A DNA stretch of 64,000 nt, from contig CAIIXF020000001.1 of the NCBI GenBank assembly GCA_903813345.2, positions 17,670,001-17,734,000 on the forward strand. Reading direction: 5' to 3'. Both the position numbers and the translations under genes were made by a program. Below the pieces are notes generated by a model, which searched no databases, was not told the DNA's origin, and was given only the letters and a program-made list of their open reading frames with translations. Positions 14,101-29,100 of the stretch are shown piece by piece. Positions within the stretch are counted from its first letter, which is position 1. Each line of letters starts with the position of its first letter. Source of the DNA: Owenia fusiformis. Taxonomy: Eukaryota.

Positions 14101-17100
14101 CAGCCTTGAGCATGAAATTTTTGAATTTTTGGACAAATTTTGGGCTATTTTGGGGGATTTTTGCCCATAACGATACTAATCTACTTAAAACAGCTGTTTA
14201 AAGTTGTACAAATTGCTTAAGTGATTTATATTCTCTCATAAGTAGGACTATTTGCTACTTTACTAAACTGAACATCATTGATTTTTCGTTTTTCATGAAC
14301 TTCTGATGGCTAGTTCAAGTAGCATTGTCTTTTGTGCAGGTTTACTGAATACGTCCCTTTAAAATTGGGTCTTTCGTGGGTTTAGAGGGTCAAAATATTG
14401 GAACTTTGCACACCGTGGAACGTTTGGGGTGTGTTTCCTTTAATTTGGCAAGAACTGCATCAAATTACTTGATAAGAGAGCAGAAATGTAGCAATTTAGG
14501 CTGAAAAGTACTGTTTTCAATGAAAAAACGAAAATTGCTGACACAGCAAAATTTAGATCGTCGTCTCCAGAATTTTAGGGGTTAATTTGCAAAACTTTAA
14601 ATGGTCCCATAGAAACATATGCGAAATATGGCTAAATTCGACATATTTCTCGAAATTCACTAATAAATGTGGTTGATATTAGTGTCATGGTTGACTGAAT
14701 ATGCATTTTATTCAATATGAATTTTAAAGTTCGGGGTTTTATGAAGTGATATGTACATTTTTGCTCAAATCCCCTCAGCACTTTTGATTCTATAGGGTTC
14801 TCTTGACCCCTGGGGTCATTATATTTTGTGACAATTTATTCCAGACTAAATGTAGTTATTTTGTCATTAAAATATCTTATTAGAGAAACGTTCAGGAAAA
14901 GTTGCGCTATCCACAAGACTTCTTGTCACTGCACTGATAAATGTAGCAAAATAGTCAAAATAATTCAGCCTTGAGCATGAAATTTTTGAATTTTTGGACA
15001 AATTTTGGGCTATTTTGGGGGATTTTTGCCCATAACGATACTAATCTACTTAAAACAGCTGTTTAAAGTTGTACAAATTGCTTAAGTGATTTATATTCTC
15101 TCATAAGTAGGACTATTTGCTACTTTACTAAACTGAACATCATTGATTTTTCGTTTTTCATGAACTTCTGATGGCTAGTTCAAGTAGCATTGTCTTTTGT
15201 GCAGGTTTACTGAATACGTCCCTTTAAAATTGGGTCTTTCGTGGGTTTAGAGGGTCAAAATATTGGAACTTTGCACACCGTGGAACGTTTGGGGTGTGTT
15301 TCCTTTAATTTGGCAAGAACTGCATCAAATTACTTGATAAGAGAGCAGAAATGTAGCAATTTAGGCTGAAAAGTACTGTTTTCAATGAAAAAACGAAAAT
15401 TGCTGACACAGCAAAATTTAGATCGTCGTCTCCAGAATTTTAGGGGTTAATTTGCAAAACTTTAAATGGTCCCATAGAAACATATGCGAAATATGGCTAA
15501 ATTCGACATATTTCTCGAAATTCACTAATAAATGTGGTTGATATTAGGTAGAAAGCAACTTACTTTTTCACCCATTGGAATACATGTAAAATTGGCAAAG
15601 TTCAAATCATAATTTCTCAAATCCCAGCCCATCGAATCCTCACATCCATTCAGATCATGTAGTCCTATTCAAAAACTTCCCGTTCGGTTATATGGTGAAA
15701 AAAATATCCCACGAACGAAAAAAGATTTTGCTACATTTATAAGCGAGCATTGATTTCTGGGCCTGTAAAAAGCACGTAGGACCTGATTACCCCATTGATT
15801 TACTGAGACCGCCAAAAATTTAATTCAATTTTTTGGTTCAAAATAATAATCTGTCAGCGGTCCCTGACACTCCTACTAGCTATCACCAAACATTAATTGC
15901 CAATACATGTACACATATACGTGCCATACATCTACAAAGTAGCGAACTAGTGTATTAAGTACTACTTTTCCTATACGATGAGCAAAACAAATCTCAAGTA
16001 GGTTATATTGACCCTATTAGTGTCATGGTTGACTGAATATGCATTTTATTCAATATGAATTTTAAAGTTCGGGGTTTTATGAAGTGATATGTACATTTTT
16101 GCTCAAATCCCCTCAGCACTTTTGATTCTATAGGGTTCTCTTGACCCCTGGGGTCATTATATTTTGTGACAATTTATTCCAGACTAAATGTAGTTATTTT
16201 GTCATTAAAATATCTTATTAGAGAAACGTTCAGGAAAAGTTGCGCTATCCACAAGACTTCTTGTCACTGCACTGATAAATGTAGCAAAATAGTCAAAATA
16301 ATTCAGCCTTGAGCATGAAATTTTTGAATTTTTGGACAAATTTTGGGCTATTTTGGGGGATTTTTGCCCATAACGATACTAATCTACTTAAAACAGCTGT
16401 TTAAAGTTGTACAAATTGCTTAAGTGATTTATATTCTCTCATAAGTAGGACTATTTGCTACTTTACTAAACTGAACATCATTGATTTTTCGTTTTTCATG
16501 AACTTCTGATGGCTAGTTCAAGTAGCATTGTCTTTTGTGCAGGTTTACTGAATACGTCCCTTTAAAATTGGGTCTTTCGTGGGTTTAAAGGGTCAAAATA
16601 TTGGAACTTTGCACACCGTGGAACGTTTGGGGTGTGTTTCCTTTAATTTGGCAAGAACTGCATCAAATTACTTGATAAGAGAGCAGAAATGTAGCAATTT
16701 AGGCTGAAAAGTACTGTTTTCAATGAAAAAACGAAAATTGCTGACACAGCAAAATTTAGATCGTCGTCTCCAGAATTTTAGGGGTTAATTTGCAAAACTT
16801 TAAATGGTCCCATAGAAACATATGCGAAATATGGCTAAATTCGACATATTTCTCGAAATTCACTAATAAATGTGGTTGATATTAGTGTCATGGTTGACTG
16901 AATATGCATTTTATTCAATATGAATTTTAAAGTTCGGGGTTTTATGAAGTGATATGTACATTTTTGCTCAAATCCCCTCAGCACTTTTGATTCTATAGGG
17001 TTCTCTTGACCCCTGGGGTCATTATATTTTGTGACAATTTATTCCAGACTAAATGTAGTTATTTTGTCATTAAAATATCTTATTAGAGAAACGTTCAGGA

Positions 17101-20100
17101 AAAGTTGCGCTATCCACAAGACTTCTTGTCACTGCACTGATAAATGTAGCAAAATAGTCAAAATAATTCAGCCTTGAGCATGAAATTTTTGAATTTTTGG
17201 ACAAATTTTGGGCTATTTTGGGGGATTTTTGCCCATAACGATACTAATCTACTTAAAACAGCTGTTTAAAGTTGTACAAATTGCTTAAGTGATTTATATT
17301 CTCTCATAAGTAGGACTATTTGCTACTTTACTAAACTGAACATCATTGATTTTTCGTTTTTCATGAACTTCTGATGGCTAGTTCAAGTAGCATTGTCTTT
17401 TGTGCAGGTTTACTGAATACGTCCCTTTAAAATTGGGTCTTTCGTGGGTTTAGAGGGTCAAAATATTGGAACTTTGCACACCGTGGAACGTTTGGGGTGT
17501 GTTTCCTTTAATTTGGCAAGAACTGCATCAAATTACTTGATAAGAGAGCAGAAATGTAGCAATTTAGGCTGAAAAGTACTGTTTTCAATGAAAAAAACGA
17601 AAATTGCTGACACAGCAAAATTTAGATCGTCGTCTCCAGAATTTTAGGGGTTAATTTGCAAAACTTTAAATGGTCCCATAGAAACATATGCGAAATATGG
17701 CTAAATTCGACATATTTCTCGAAATTCACTAATAAATGTGGTTGATATTAGTGTCATGGTTGACTGAATATGCATTTTATTCAATATGAATTTTAAAGTT
17801 CGGGGTTTTATGAAGTGATATGTACATTTTTGCTCAAATCCCCTCAGCACTTTTGATTCTATAGGGTTCTCTTGACCCCTGGGGTCATTATATTTTGTGA
17901 CAATTTATTCCAGACTAAATGTAGTTATTTTGTCATTAAAATATCTTATTAGAGAAACGTTCAGGAAAAGTTGCGCTATCCACAAGACTTCTTGTCACTG
18001 CACTGATAAATGTAGCAAAATAGTCAAAATAATTCAGCCTTGAGCATGAAATTTTTGAATTTTTGGACAAATTTTGGGCTATTTTGGGGGATTTTTGCCC
18101 ATAACGATACTAATCTACTTAAAACAGCTGTTTAAAGTTGTACAAATTGCTTAAGTGATTTATATTCTCTCATAAGTAGGACTATTTGCTACTTTACTAA
18201 ACTGAACATCATTGATTTTTCGTTTTTCATGAACTTCTGATGGCTAGTTCAAGTAGCATTGTCTTTTGTGCAGGTTTACTGAATACGTCCCTTTAAAATT
18301 GGGTCTTTCGTGGGTTTAAAGGGTCAAAATATTGGAACTTTGCACACCGTGGAACGTTTGGGGTGTGTTTCCTTTAATTTGGCAAGAACTGCATCAAATT
18401 ACTTGATAAGAGAGCAGAAATGTAGCAATTTAGGCTGAAAAGTACTGTTTTCAATGAAAAAACGAAAATTGCTGACACAGCAAAATTTAGATCGTCGTCT
18501 CCAGAATTTTAGGGGTTAATTTGCAAAACTTTAAATGGTCCCATAGAAACATATGCGAAATATGGCTAAATTCGACATATTTCTCGAAATTCACTAATAA
18601 ATGTGGTTGATATTAGGTAGAAAGCAACTTACTTTTTCACCCATTGGAATACATGTAAAATTGGCAAAGTTCAAATCATAATTTCTCAAATCCCAGCCCA
18701 TCGAATCCTCACATCCATTCAGATCATGTAGTCCTATTCAAAAACTTCCCGTTCGGTTATATGGTGAAAAAAATATCCCACGAACGAAAAAAGATTTTGC
18801 TACATTTATAAGCGAGCATTGATTTCTGGGCCTGTAAAAAGCACGTAGGACCTGATTACCCCATTGATTTACTGAGACCGCCAAAAATTTAATTCAATTT
18901 TTTGGTTCAAAATAATAATCTGTCAGCGGTCCCTGACACTCCTACTAGCTATCACCAAACATTAATTGCCAATACATGTACACATATACGTGCCATACAT
19001 CTACAAAGTAGCGAACTAGTGTATTAAGTACTACTTTTCCTATACGATGAGCAAAACAAATCTCAAGTAGGTTATATTGACCCTATTAGTGTCATGGTTG
19101 ACTGAATATGCATTTTATTCAATATGAATTTTAAAGTTCGGGGTTTTATGAAGTGATATGTACATTTTTGCTCAAATCCCCTCAGCACTTTTGATTCTAT
19201 AGGGTTCTCTTGACCCCTGGGGTCATTATATTTTGTGACAATTTATTCCAGACTAAATGTAGTTATTTTGTCATTAAAATATCTTATTAGAGAAACGTTC
19301 AGGAAAAGTTGCGCTATCCACAAGACTTCTTGTCACTGCACTGATAAATGTAGCAAAATAGTCAAAATAATTCAGCCTTGAGCATGAAATTTTTGAATTT
19401 TTGGACAAATTTTGGGCTATTTTGGGGGATTTTTGCCCATAACGATACTAATCTACTTAAAACAGCTGTTTAAAGTTGTACAAATTGCTTAAGTGATTTA
19501 TATTCTCTCATAAGTAGGACTATTTGCTACTTTACTAAACTGAACATCATTGATTTTTCGTTTTTCATGAACTTCTGATGGCTAGTTCAAGTAGCATTGT
19601 CTTTTGTGCAGGTTTACTGAATACGTCCCTTTAAAATTGGGTCTTTCGTGGGTTTAGAGGGTCAAAATATTGGAACTTTGCACACCGTGGAACGTTTGGG
19701 GTGTGTTTCCTTTAATTTGGCAAGAACTGCATCAAATTACTTGATAAGAGAGCAGAAATGTAGCAATTTAGGCTGAAAAGTACTGTTTTCAATGAAAAAA
19801 CGAAAATTGCTGACACAGCAAAATTTAGATCGTCGTCTCCAGAATTTTAGGGGTTAATTTGCAAAACTTTAAATGGTCCCATAGAAACATATGCGAAATA
19901 TGGCTAAATTCGACATATTTCTCGAAATTCACTAATAAATGTGGTTGATATTAGGTAGAAAGCAACTTACTTTTTCACCCATTGGAATACATGTAAAATT
20001 GGCAAAGTTCAAATCATAATTTCTCAAATCCCAGCCCATCGAATCCTCACATCCATTCAGATCATGTAGTCCTATTCAAAAACTTCCCGTTCGGTTATAT

Positions 20101-23100
20101 GGTGAAAAAAATATCCCACGAACGAAAAAAGATTTTGCTACATTTATAAGCGAGCATTGATTTCTGGGCCTGTAAAAAGCACGTAGGACCTGATTACCCC
20201 ATTGATTTACTGAGACCGCCAAAAATTTAATTCAATTTTTTGGTTCAAAATAATAATCTGTCAGCGGTCCCTGACACTCCTACTAGCTATCACCAAACAT
20301 TAATTGCCAATACATGTACACATATACGTGCCATACATCTACAAAGTAGCGAACTAGTGTATTAAGTACTACTTTTCCTATACGATGAGCAAAACAAATC
20401 TCAAGTAGGTTATATTGACCCTATTAGTGTCATGGTTGACTGAATATGCATTTTATTCAATATGAATTTTAAAGTTCGGGGTTTTATGAAGTGATATGTA
20501 CATTTTTGCTCAAATCCCCTCAGCACTTTTGATTCTATAGGGTTCTCTTGACCCCTGGGGTCATTATATTTTGTGACAATTTATTCCAGACTAAATGTAG
20601 TTATTTTGTCATTAAAATATCTTATTAGAGAAACGTTCAGGAAAAGTTGCGCTATCCACAAGACTTCTTGTCACTGCACTGATAAATGTAGCAAAATAGT
20701 CAAAATAATTCAGCCTTGAGCATGAAATTTTTGAATTTTTGGACAAATTTTGGGCTATTTTGGGGGATTTTTGCCCATAACGATACTAATCTACTTAAAA
20801 CAGCTGTTTAAAGTTGTACAAATTGCTTAAGTGATTTATATTCTCTCATAAGTAGGACTATTTGCTACTTTACTAAACTGAACATCATTGATTTTTCGTT
20901 TTTCATGAACTTCTGATGGCTAGTTCAAGTAGCATTGTCTTTTGTGCAGGTTTACTGAATACGTCCCTTTAAAATTGGGTCTTTCGTGGGTTTAAAGGGT
21001 CAAAATATTGGAACTTTGCACACCGTGGAACGTTTGGGGTGTGTTTCCTTTAATTTGGCAAGAACTGCATCAAATTACTTGATAAGAGAGCAGAAATGTA
21101 GCAATTTAGGCTGAAAAGTACTGTTTTCAATGAAAAAACGAAAATTGCTGACACAGCAAAATTTAGATCGTCGTCTCCAGAATTTTAGGGGTTAATTTGC
21201 AAAACTTTAAATGGTCCCATAGAAACATATGCGAAATATGGCTAAATTCGACATATTTCTCGAAATTCACTAATAAATGTGGTTGATATTAGTGTCATGG
21301 TTGACTGAATATGCATTTTATTCAATATGAATTTTAAAGTTCGGGGTTTTATGAAGTGATATGTACATTTTTGCTCAAATCCCCTCAGCACTTTTGATTC
21401 TATAGGGTTCTCTTGACCCCTGGGGTCATTATATTTTGTGACAATTTATTCCAGACTAAATGTAGTTATTTTGTCATTAAAATATCTTATTAGAGAAACG
21501 TTCAGGAAAAGTTGCGCTATCCACAAGACTTCTTGTCACTGCACTGATAAATGTAGCAAAATAGTCAAAATAATTCAGCCTTGAGCATGAAATTTTTGAA
21601 TTTTTGGACAAATTTTGGGCTATTTTGGGGGATTTTTGCCCATAACGATACTAATCTACTTAAAACAGCTGTTTAAAGTTGTACAAATTGCTTAAGTGAT
21701 TTATATTCTCTCATAAGTAGGACTATTTGCTACTTTACTAAACTGAACATCATTGATTTTTCGTTTTTCATGAACTTCTGATGGCTAGTTCAAGTAGCAT
21801 TGTCTTTTGTGCAGGTTTACTGAATACGTCCCTTTAAAATTGGGTCTTTCGTGGGTTTAGAGGGTCAAAATATTGGAACTTTGCACACCGTGGAACGTTT
21901 GGGGTGTGTTTCCTTTAATTTGGCAAGAACTGCATCAAATTACTTGATAAGAGAGCAGAAATGTAGCAATTTAGGCTGAAAAGTACTGTTTTCAATGAAA
22001 AAACGAAAATTGCTGACACAGCAAAATTTAGATCGTCGTCTCCAGAATTTTAGGGGTTAATTTGCAAAACTTTAAATGGTCCCATAGAAACATATGCGAA
22101 ATATGGCTAAATTCGACATATTTCTCGAAATTCACTAATAAATGTGGTTGATATTAGGTAGAAAGCAACTTACTTTTTCACCCATTGGAATACATGTAAA
22201 ATTGGCAAAGTTCAAATCATAATTTCTCAAATCCCAGCCCATCGAATCCTCACATCCATTCAGATCATGTAGTCCTATTCAAAAACTTCCCGTTCGGTTA
22301 TATGGTGAAAAAAATATCCCACGAACGAAAAAAGATTTTGCTACATTTATAAGCGAGCATTGATTTCTGGGCCTGTAAAAAGCACGTAGGACCTGATTAC
22401 CCCATTGATTTACTGAGACCGCCAAAAATTTAATTCAATTTTTTGGTTCAAAATAATAATCTGTCAGCGGTCCCTGACACTCCTACTAGCTATCACCAAA
22501 CATTAATTGCCAATACATGTACACATATACGTGCCATACATCTACAAAGTAGCGAACTAGTGTATTAAGTACTACTTTTCCTATACGATGAGCAAAACAA
22601 ATCTCAAGTAGGTTATATTGACCCTATTAGTGTCATGGTTGACTGAATATGCATTTTATTCAATATGAATTTTAAAGTTCGGGGTTTTATGAAGTGATAT
22701 GTACATTTTTGCTCAAATCCCCTCAGCACTTTTGATTCTATAGGGTTCTCTTGACCCCTGGGGTCATTATATTTTGTGACAATTTATTCCAGACTAAATG
22801 TAGTTATTTTGTCATTAAAATATCTTATTAGAGAAACGTTCAGGAAAAGTTGCGCTATCCACAAGACTTCTTGTCACTGCACTGATAAATGTAGCAAAAT
22901 AGTCAAAATAATTCAGCCTTGAGCATGAAATTTTTGAATTTTTGGACAAATTTTGGGCTATTTTGGGGGATTTTTGCCCATAACGATACTAATCTACTTA
23001 AAACAGCTGTTTAAAGTTGTACAAATTGCTTAAGTGATTTATATTCTCTCATAAGTAGGACTATTTGCTACTTTACTAAACTGAACATCATTGATTTTTC

Positions 23101-26100
23101 GTTTTTCATGAACTTCTGATGGCTAGTTCAAGTAGCATTGTCTTTTGTGCAGGTTTACTGAATACGTCCCTTTAAAATTGGGTCTTTCGTGGGTTTAGAG
23201 GGTCAAAATATTGGAACTTTGCACACCGTGGAACGTTTGGGGTGTGTTTCCTTTAATTTGGCAAGAACTGCATCAAATTACTTGATAAGAGAGCAGAAAT
23301 GTAGCAATTTAGGCTGAAAAGTACTGTTTTCAATGAAAAAACGAAAATTGCTGACACAGCAAAATTTAGATCGTCGTCTCCAGAATTTTAGGGGTTAATT
23401 TGCAAAACTTTAAATGGTCCCATAGAAACATATGCGAAATATGGCTAAATTCGACATATTTCTCGAAATTCACTAATAAATGTGGTTGATATTAGGTAGA
23501 AAGCAACTTACTTTTTCACCCATTGGAATACATGTAAAATTGGCAAAGTTCAAATCATAATTTCTCAAATCCCAGCCCATCGAATCCTCACATCCATTCA
23601 GATCATGTAGTCCTATTCAAAAACTTCCCGTTCGGTTATATGGTGAAAAAAATATCCCACGAACGAAAAAAGATTTTGCTACATTTATAAGCGAGCATTG
23701 ATTTCTGGGCCTGTAAAAAGCACGTAGGACCTGATTACCCCATTGATTTACTGAGACCGCCAAAAATTTAATTCAATTTTTTGGTTCAAAATAATAATCT
23801 GTCAGCGGTCCCTGACACTCCTACTAGCTATCACCAAACATTAATTGCCAATACATGTACACATATACGTGCCATACATCTACAAAGTAGCGAACTAGTG
23901 TATTAAGTACTACTTTTCCTATACGATGAGCAAAACAAATCTCAAGTAGGTTATATTGACCCTATTAGTGTCATGGTTGACTGAATATGCATTTTATTCA
24001 ATATGAATTTTAAAGTTCGGGGTTTTATGAAGTGATATGTACATTTTTGCTCAAATCCCCTCAGCACTTTTGATTCTATAGGGTTCTCTTGACCCCTGGG
24101 GTCATTATATTTTGTGACAATTTATTCCAGACTAAATGTAGTTATTTTGTCATTAAAATATCTTATTAGAGAAACGTTCAGGAAAAGTTGCGCTATCCAC
24201 AAGACTTCTTGTCACTGCACTGATAAATGTAGCAAAATAGTCAAAATAATTCAGCCTTGAGCATGAAATTTTTGAATTTTTGGACAAATTTTGGGCTATT
24301 TTGGGGGATTTTTGCCCATAACGATACTAATCTACTTAAAACAGCTGTTTAAAGTTGTACAAATTGCTTAAGTGATTTATATTCTCTCATAAGTAGGACT
24401 ATTTGCTACTTTACTAAACTGAACATCATTGATTTTTCGTTTTTCATGAACTTCTGATGGCTAGTTCAAGTAGCATTGTCTTTTGTGCAGGTTTACTGAA
24501 TACGTCCCTTTAAAATTGGGTCTTTCGTGGGTTTAAAGGGTCAAAATATTGGAACTTTGCACACCGTGGAACGTTTGGGGTGTGTTTCCTTTAATTTGGC
24601 AAGAACTGCATCAAATTACTTGATAAGAGAGCAGAAATGTAGCAATTTAGGCTGAAAAGTACTGTTTTCAATGAAAAAACGAAAATTGCTGACACAGCAA
24701 AATTTAGATCGTCGTCTCCAGAATTTTAGGGGTTAATTTGCAAAACTTTAAATGGTCCCATAGAAACATATGCGAAATATGGCTAAATTCGACATATTTC
24801 TCGAAATTCACTAATAAATGTGGTTGATATTAGTGTCATGGTTGACTGAATATGCATTTTATTCAATATGAATTTTAAAGTTCGGGGTTTTATGAAGTGA
24901 TATGTACATTTTTGCTCAAATCCCCTCAGCACTTTTGATTCTATAGGGTTCTCTTGACCCCTGGGGTCATTATATTTTGTGACAATTTATTCCAGACTAA
25001 ATGTAGTTATTTTGTCATTAAAATATCTTATTAGAGAAACGTTCAGGAAAAGTTGCGCTATCCACAAGACTTCTTGTCACTGCACTGATAAATGTAGCAA
25101 AATAGTCAAAATAATTCAGCCTTGAGCATGAAATTTTTGAATTTTTGGACAAATTTTGGGCTATTTTGGGGGATTTTTGCCCATAACGATACTAATCTAC
25201 TTAAAACAGCTGTTTAAAGTTGTACAAATTGCTTAAGTGATTTATATTCTCTCATAAGTAGGACTATTTGCTACTTTACTAAACTGAACATCATTGATTT
25301 TTCGTTTTTCATGAACTTCTGATGGCTAGTTCAAGTAGCATTGTCTTTTGTGCAGGTTTACTGAATACGTCCCTTTAAAATTGGGTCTTTCGTGGGTTTA
25401 GAGGGTCAAAATATTGGAACTTTGCACACCGTGGAACGTTTGGGGTGTGTTTCCTTTAATTTGGCAAGAACTGCATCAAATTACTTGATAAGAGAGCAGA
25501 AATGTAGCAATTTAGGCTGAAAAGTACTGTTTTCAATGAAAAAACGAAAATTGCTGACACAGCAAAATTTAGATCGTCGTCTCCAGAATTTTAGGGGTTA
25601 ATTTGCAAAACTTTAAATGGTCCCATAGAAACATATGCGAAATATGGCTAAATTCGACATATTTCTCGAAATTCACTAATAAATGTGGTTGATATTAGGT
25701 AGAAAGCAACTTACTTTTTCACCCATTGGAATACATGTAAAATTGGCAAAGTTCAAATCATAATTTCTCAAATCCCAGCCCATCGAATCCTCACATCCAT
25801 TCAGATCATGTAGTCCTATTCAAAAACTTCCCGTTCGGTTATATGGTGAAAAAAATATCCCACGAACGAAAAAAGATTTTGCTACATTTATAAGCGAGCA
25901 TTGATTTCTGGGCCTGTAAAAAGCACGTAGGACCTGATTACCCCATTGATTTACTGAGACCGCCAAAAATTTAATTCAATTTTTTGGTTCAAAATAATAA
26001 TCTGTCAGCGGTCCCTGACACTCCTACTAGCTATCACCAAACATTAATTGCCAATACATGTACACATATACGTGCCATACATCTACAAAGTAGCGAACTA

Positions 26101-29100
26101 GTGTATTAAGTACTACTTTTCCTATACGATGAGCAAAACAAATCTCAAGTAGGTTATATTGACCCTATTAGTGTCATGGTTGACTGAATATGCATTTTAT
26201 TCAATATGAATTTTAAAGTTCGGGGTTTTATGAAGTGATATGTACATTTTTGCTCAAATCCCCTCAGCACTTTTGATTCTATAGGGTTCTCTTGACCCCT
26301 GGGGTCATTATATTTTGTGACAATTTATTCCAGACTAAATGTAGTTATTTTGTCATTAAAATATCTTATTAGAGAAACGTTCAGGAAAAGTTGCGCTATC
26401 CACAAGACTTCTTGTCACTGCACTGATAAATGTAGCAAAATAGTCAAAATAATTCAGCCTTGAGCATGAAATTTTTGAATTTTTGGACAAATTTTGGGCT
26501 ATTTTGGGGGATTTTTGCCCATAACGATACTAATCTACTTAAAACAGCTGTTTAAAGTTGTACAAATTGCTTAAGTGATTTATATTCTCTCATAAGTAGG
26601 ACTATTTGCTACTTTACTAAACTGAACATCATTGATTTTTCGTTTTTCATGAACTTCTGATGGCTAGTTCAAGTAGCATTGTCTTTTGTGCAGGTTTACT
26701 GAATACGTCCCTTTAAAATTGGGTCTTTCGTGGGTTTAAAGGGTCAAAATATTGGAACTTTGCACACCGTGGAACGTTTGGGGTGTGTTTCCTTTAATTT
26801 GGCAAGAACTGCATCAAATTACTTGATAAGAGAGCAGAAATGTAGCAATTTAGGCTGAAAAGTACTGTTTTCAATGAAAAAACGAAAATTGCTGACACAG
26901 CAAAATTTAGATCGTCGTCTCCAGAATTTTAGGGGTTAATTTGCAAAACTTTAAATGGTCCCATAGAAACATATGCGAAATATGGCTAAATTCGACATAT
27001 TTCTCGAAATTCACTAATAAATGTGGTTGATATTAGTGTCATGGTTGACTGAATATGCATTTTATTCAATATGAATTTTAAAGTTCGGGGTTTTATGAAG
27101 TGATATGTACATTTTTGCTCAAATCCCCTCAGCACTTTTGATTCTATAGGGTTCTCTTGACCCCTGGGGTCATTATATTTTGTGACAATTTATTCCAGAC
27201 TAAATGTAGTTATTTTGTCATTAAAATATCTTATTAGAGAAACGTTCAGGAAAAGTTGCGCTATCCACAAGACTTCTTGTCACTGCACTGATAAATGTAG
27301 CAAAATAGTCAAAATAATTCAGCCTTGAGCATGAAATTTTTGAATTTTTGGACAAATTTTGGGCTATTTTGGGGGATTTTTGCCCATAACGATACTAATC
27401 TACTTAAAACAGCTGTTTAAAGTTGTACAAATTGCTTAAGTGATTTATATTCTCTCATAAGTAGGACTATTTGCTACTTTACTAAACTGAACATCATTGA
27501 TTTTTCGTTTTTCATGAACTTCTGATGGCTAGTTCAAGTAGCATTGTCTTTTGTGCAGGTTTACTGAATACGTCCCTTTAAAATTGGGTCTTTCGTGGGT
27601 TTAGAGGGTCAAAATATTGGAACTTTGCACACCGTGGAACGTTTGGGGTGTGTTTCCTTTAATTTGGCAAGAACTGCATCAAATTACTTGATAAGAGAGC
27701 AGAAATGTAGCAATTTAGGCTGAAAAGTACTGTTTTCAATGAAAAAACGAAAATTGCTGACACAGCAAAATTTAGATCGTCGTCTCCAGAATTTTAGGGG
27801 TTAATTTGCAAAACTTTAAATGGTCCCATAGAAACATATGCGAAATATGGCTAAATTCGACATATTTCTCGAAATTCACTAATAAATGTGGTTGATATTA
27901 GGTAGAAAGCAACTTACTTTTTCACCCATTGGAATACATGTAAAATTGGCAAAGTTCAAATCATAATTTCTCAAATCCCAGCCCATCGAATCCTCACATC
28001 CATTCAGATCATGTAGTCCTATTCAAAAACTTCCCGTTCGGTTATATGGTGAAAAAAATATCCCACGAACGAAAAAAGATTTTGCTACATTTATAAGCGA
28101 GCATTGATTTCTGGGCCTGTAAAAAGCACGTAGGACCTGATTACCCCATTGATTTACTGAGACCGCCAAAAATTTAATTCAATTTTTTGGTTCAAAATAA
28201 TAATCTGTCAGCGGTCCCTGACACTCCTACTAGCTATCACCAAACATTAATTGCCAATACATGTACACATATACGTGCCATACATCTACAAAGTAGCGAA
28301 CTAGTGTATTAAGTACTACTTTTCCTATACGATGAGCAAAACAAATCTCAAGTAGGTTATATTGACCCTATTAGTGTCATGGTTGACTGAATATGCATTT
28401 TATTCAATATGAATTTTAAAGTTCGGGGTTTTATGAAGTGATATGTACATTTTTGCTCAAATCCCCTCAGCACTTTTGATTCTATAGGGTTCTCTTGACC
28501 CCTGGGGTCATTATATTTTGTGACAATTTATTCCAGACTAAATGTAGTTATTTTGTCATTAAAATATCTTATTAGAGAAACGTTCAGGAAAAGTTGCGCT
28601 ATCCACAAGACTTCTTGTCACTGCACTGATAAATGTAGCAAAATAGTCAAAATAATTCAGCCTTGAGCATGAAATTTTTGAATTTTTGGACAAATTTTGG
28701 GCTATTTTGGGGGATTTTTGCCCATAACGATACTAATCTACTTAAAACAGCTGTTTAAAGTTGTACAAATTGCTTAAGTGATTTATATTCTCTCATAAGT
28801 AGGACTATTTGCTACTTTACTAAACTGAACATCATTGATTTTTCGTTTTTCATGAACTTCTGATGGCTAGTTCAAGTAGCATTGTCTTTTGTGCAGGTTT
28901 ACTGAATACGTCCCTTTAAAATTGGGTCTTTCGTGGGTTTAAAGGGTCAAAATATTGGAACTTTGCACACCGTGGAACGTTTGGGGTGTGTTTCCTTTAA
29001 TTTGGCAAGAACTGCATCAAATTACTTGATAAGAGAGCAGAAATGTAGCAATTTAGGCTGAAAAGTACTGTTTTCAATGAAAAAAACGAAAATTGCTGAC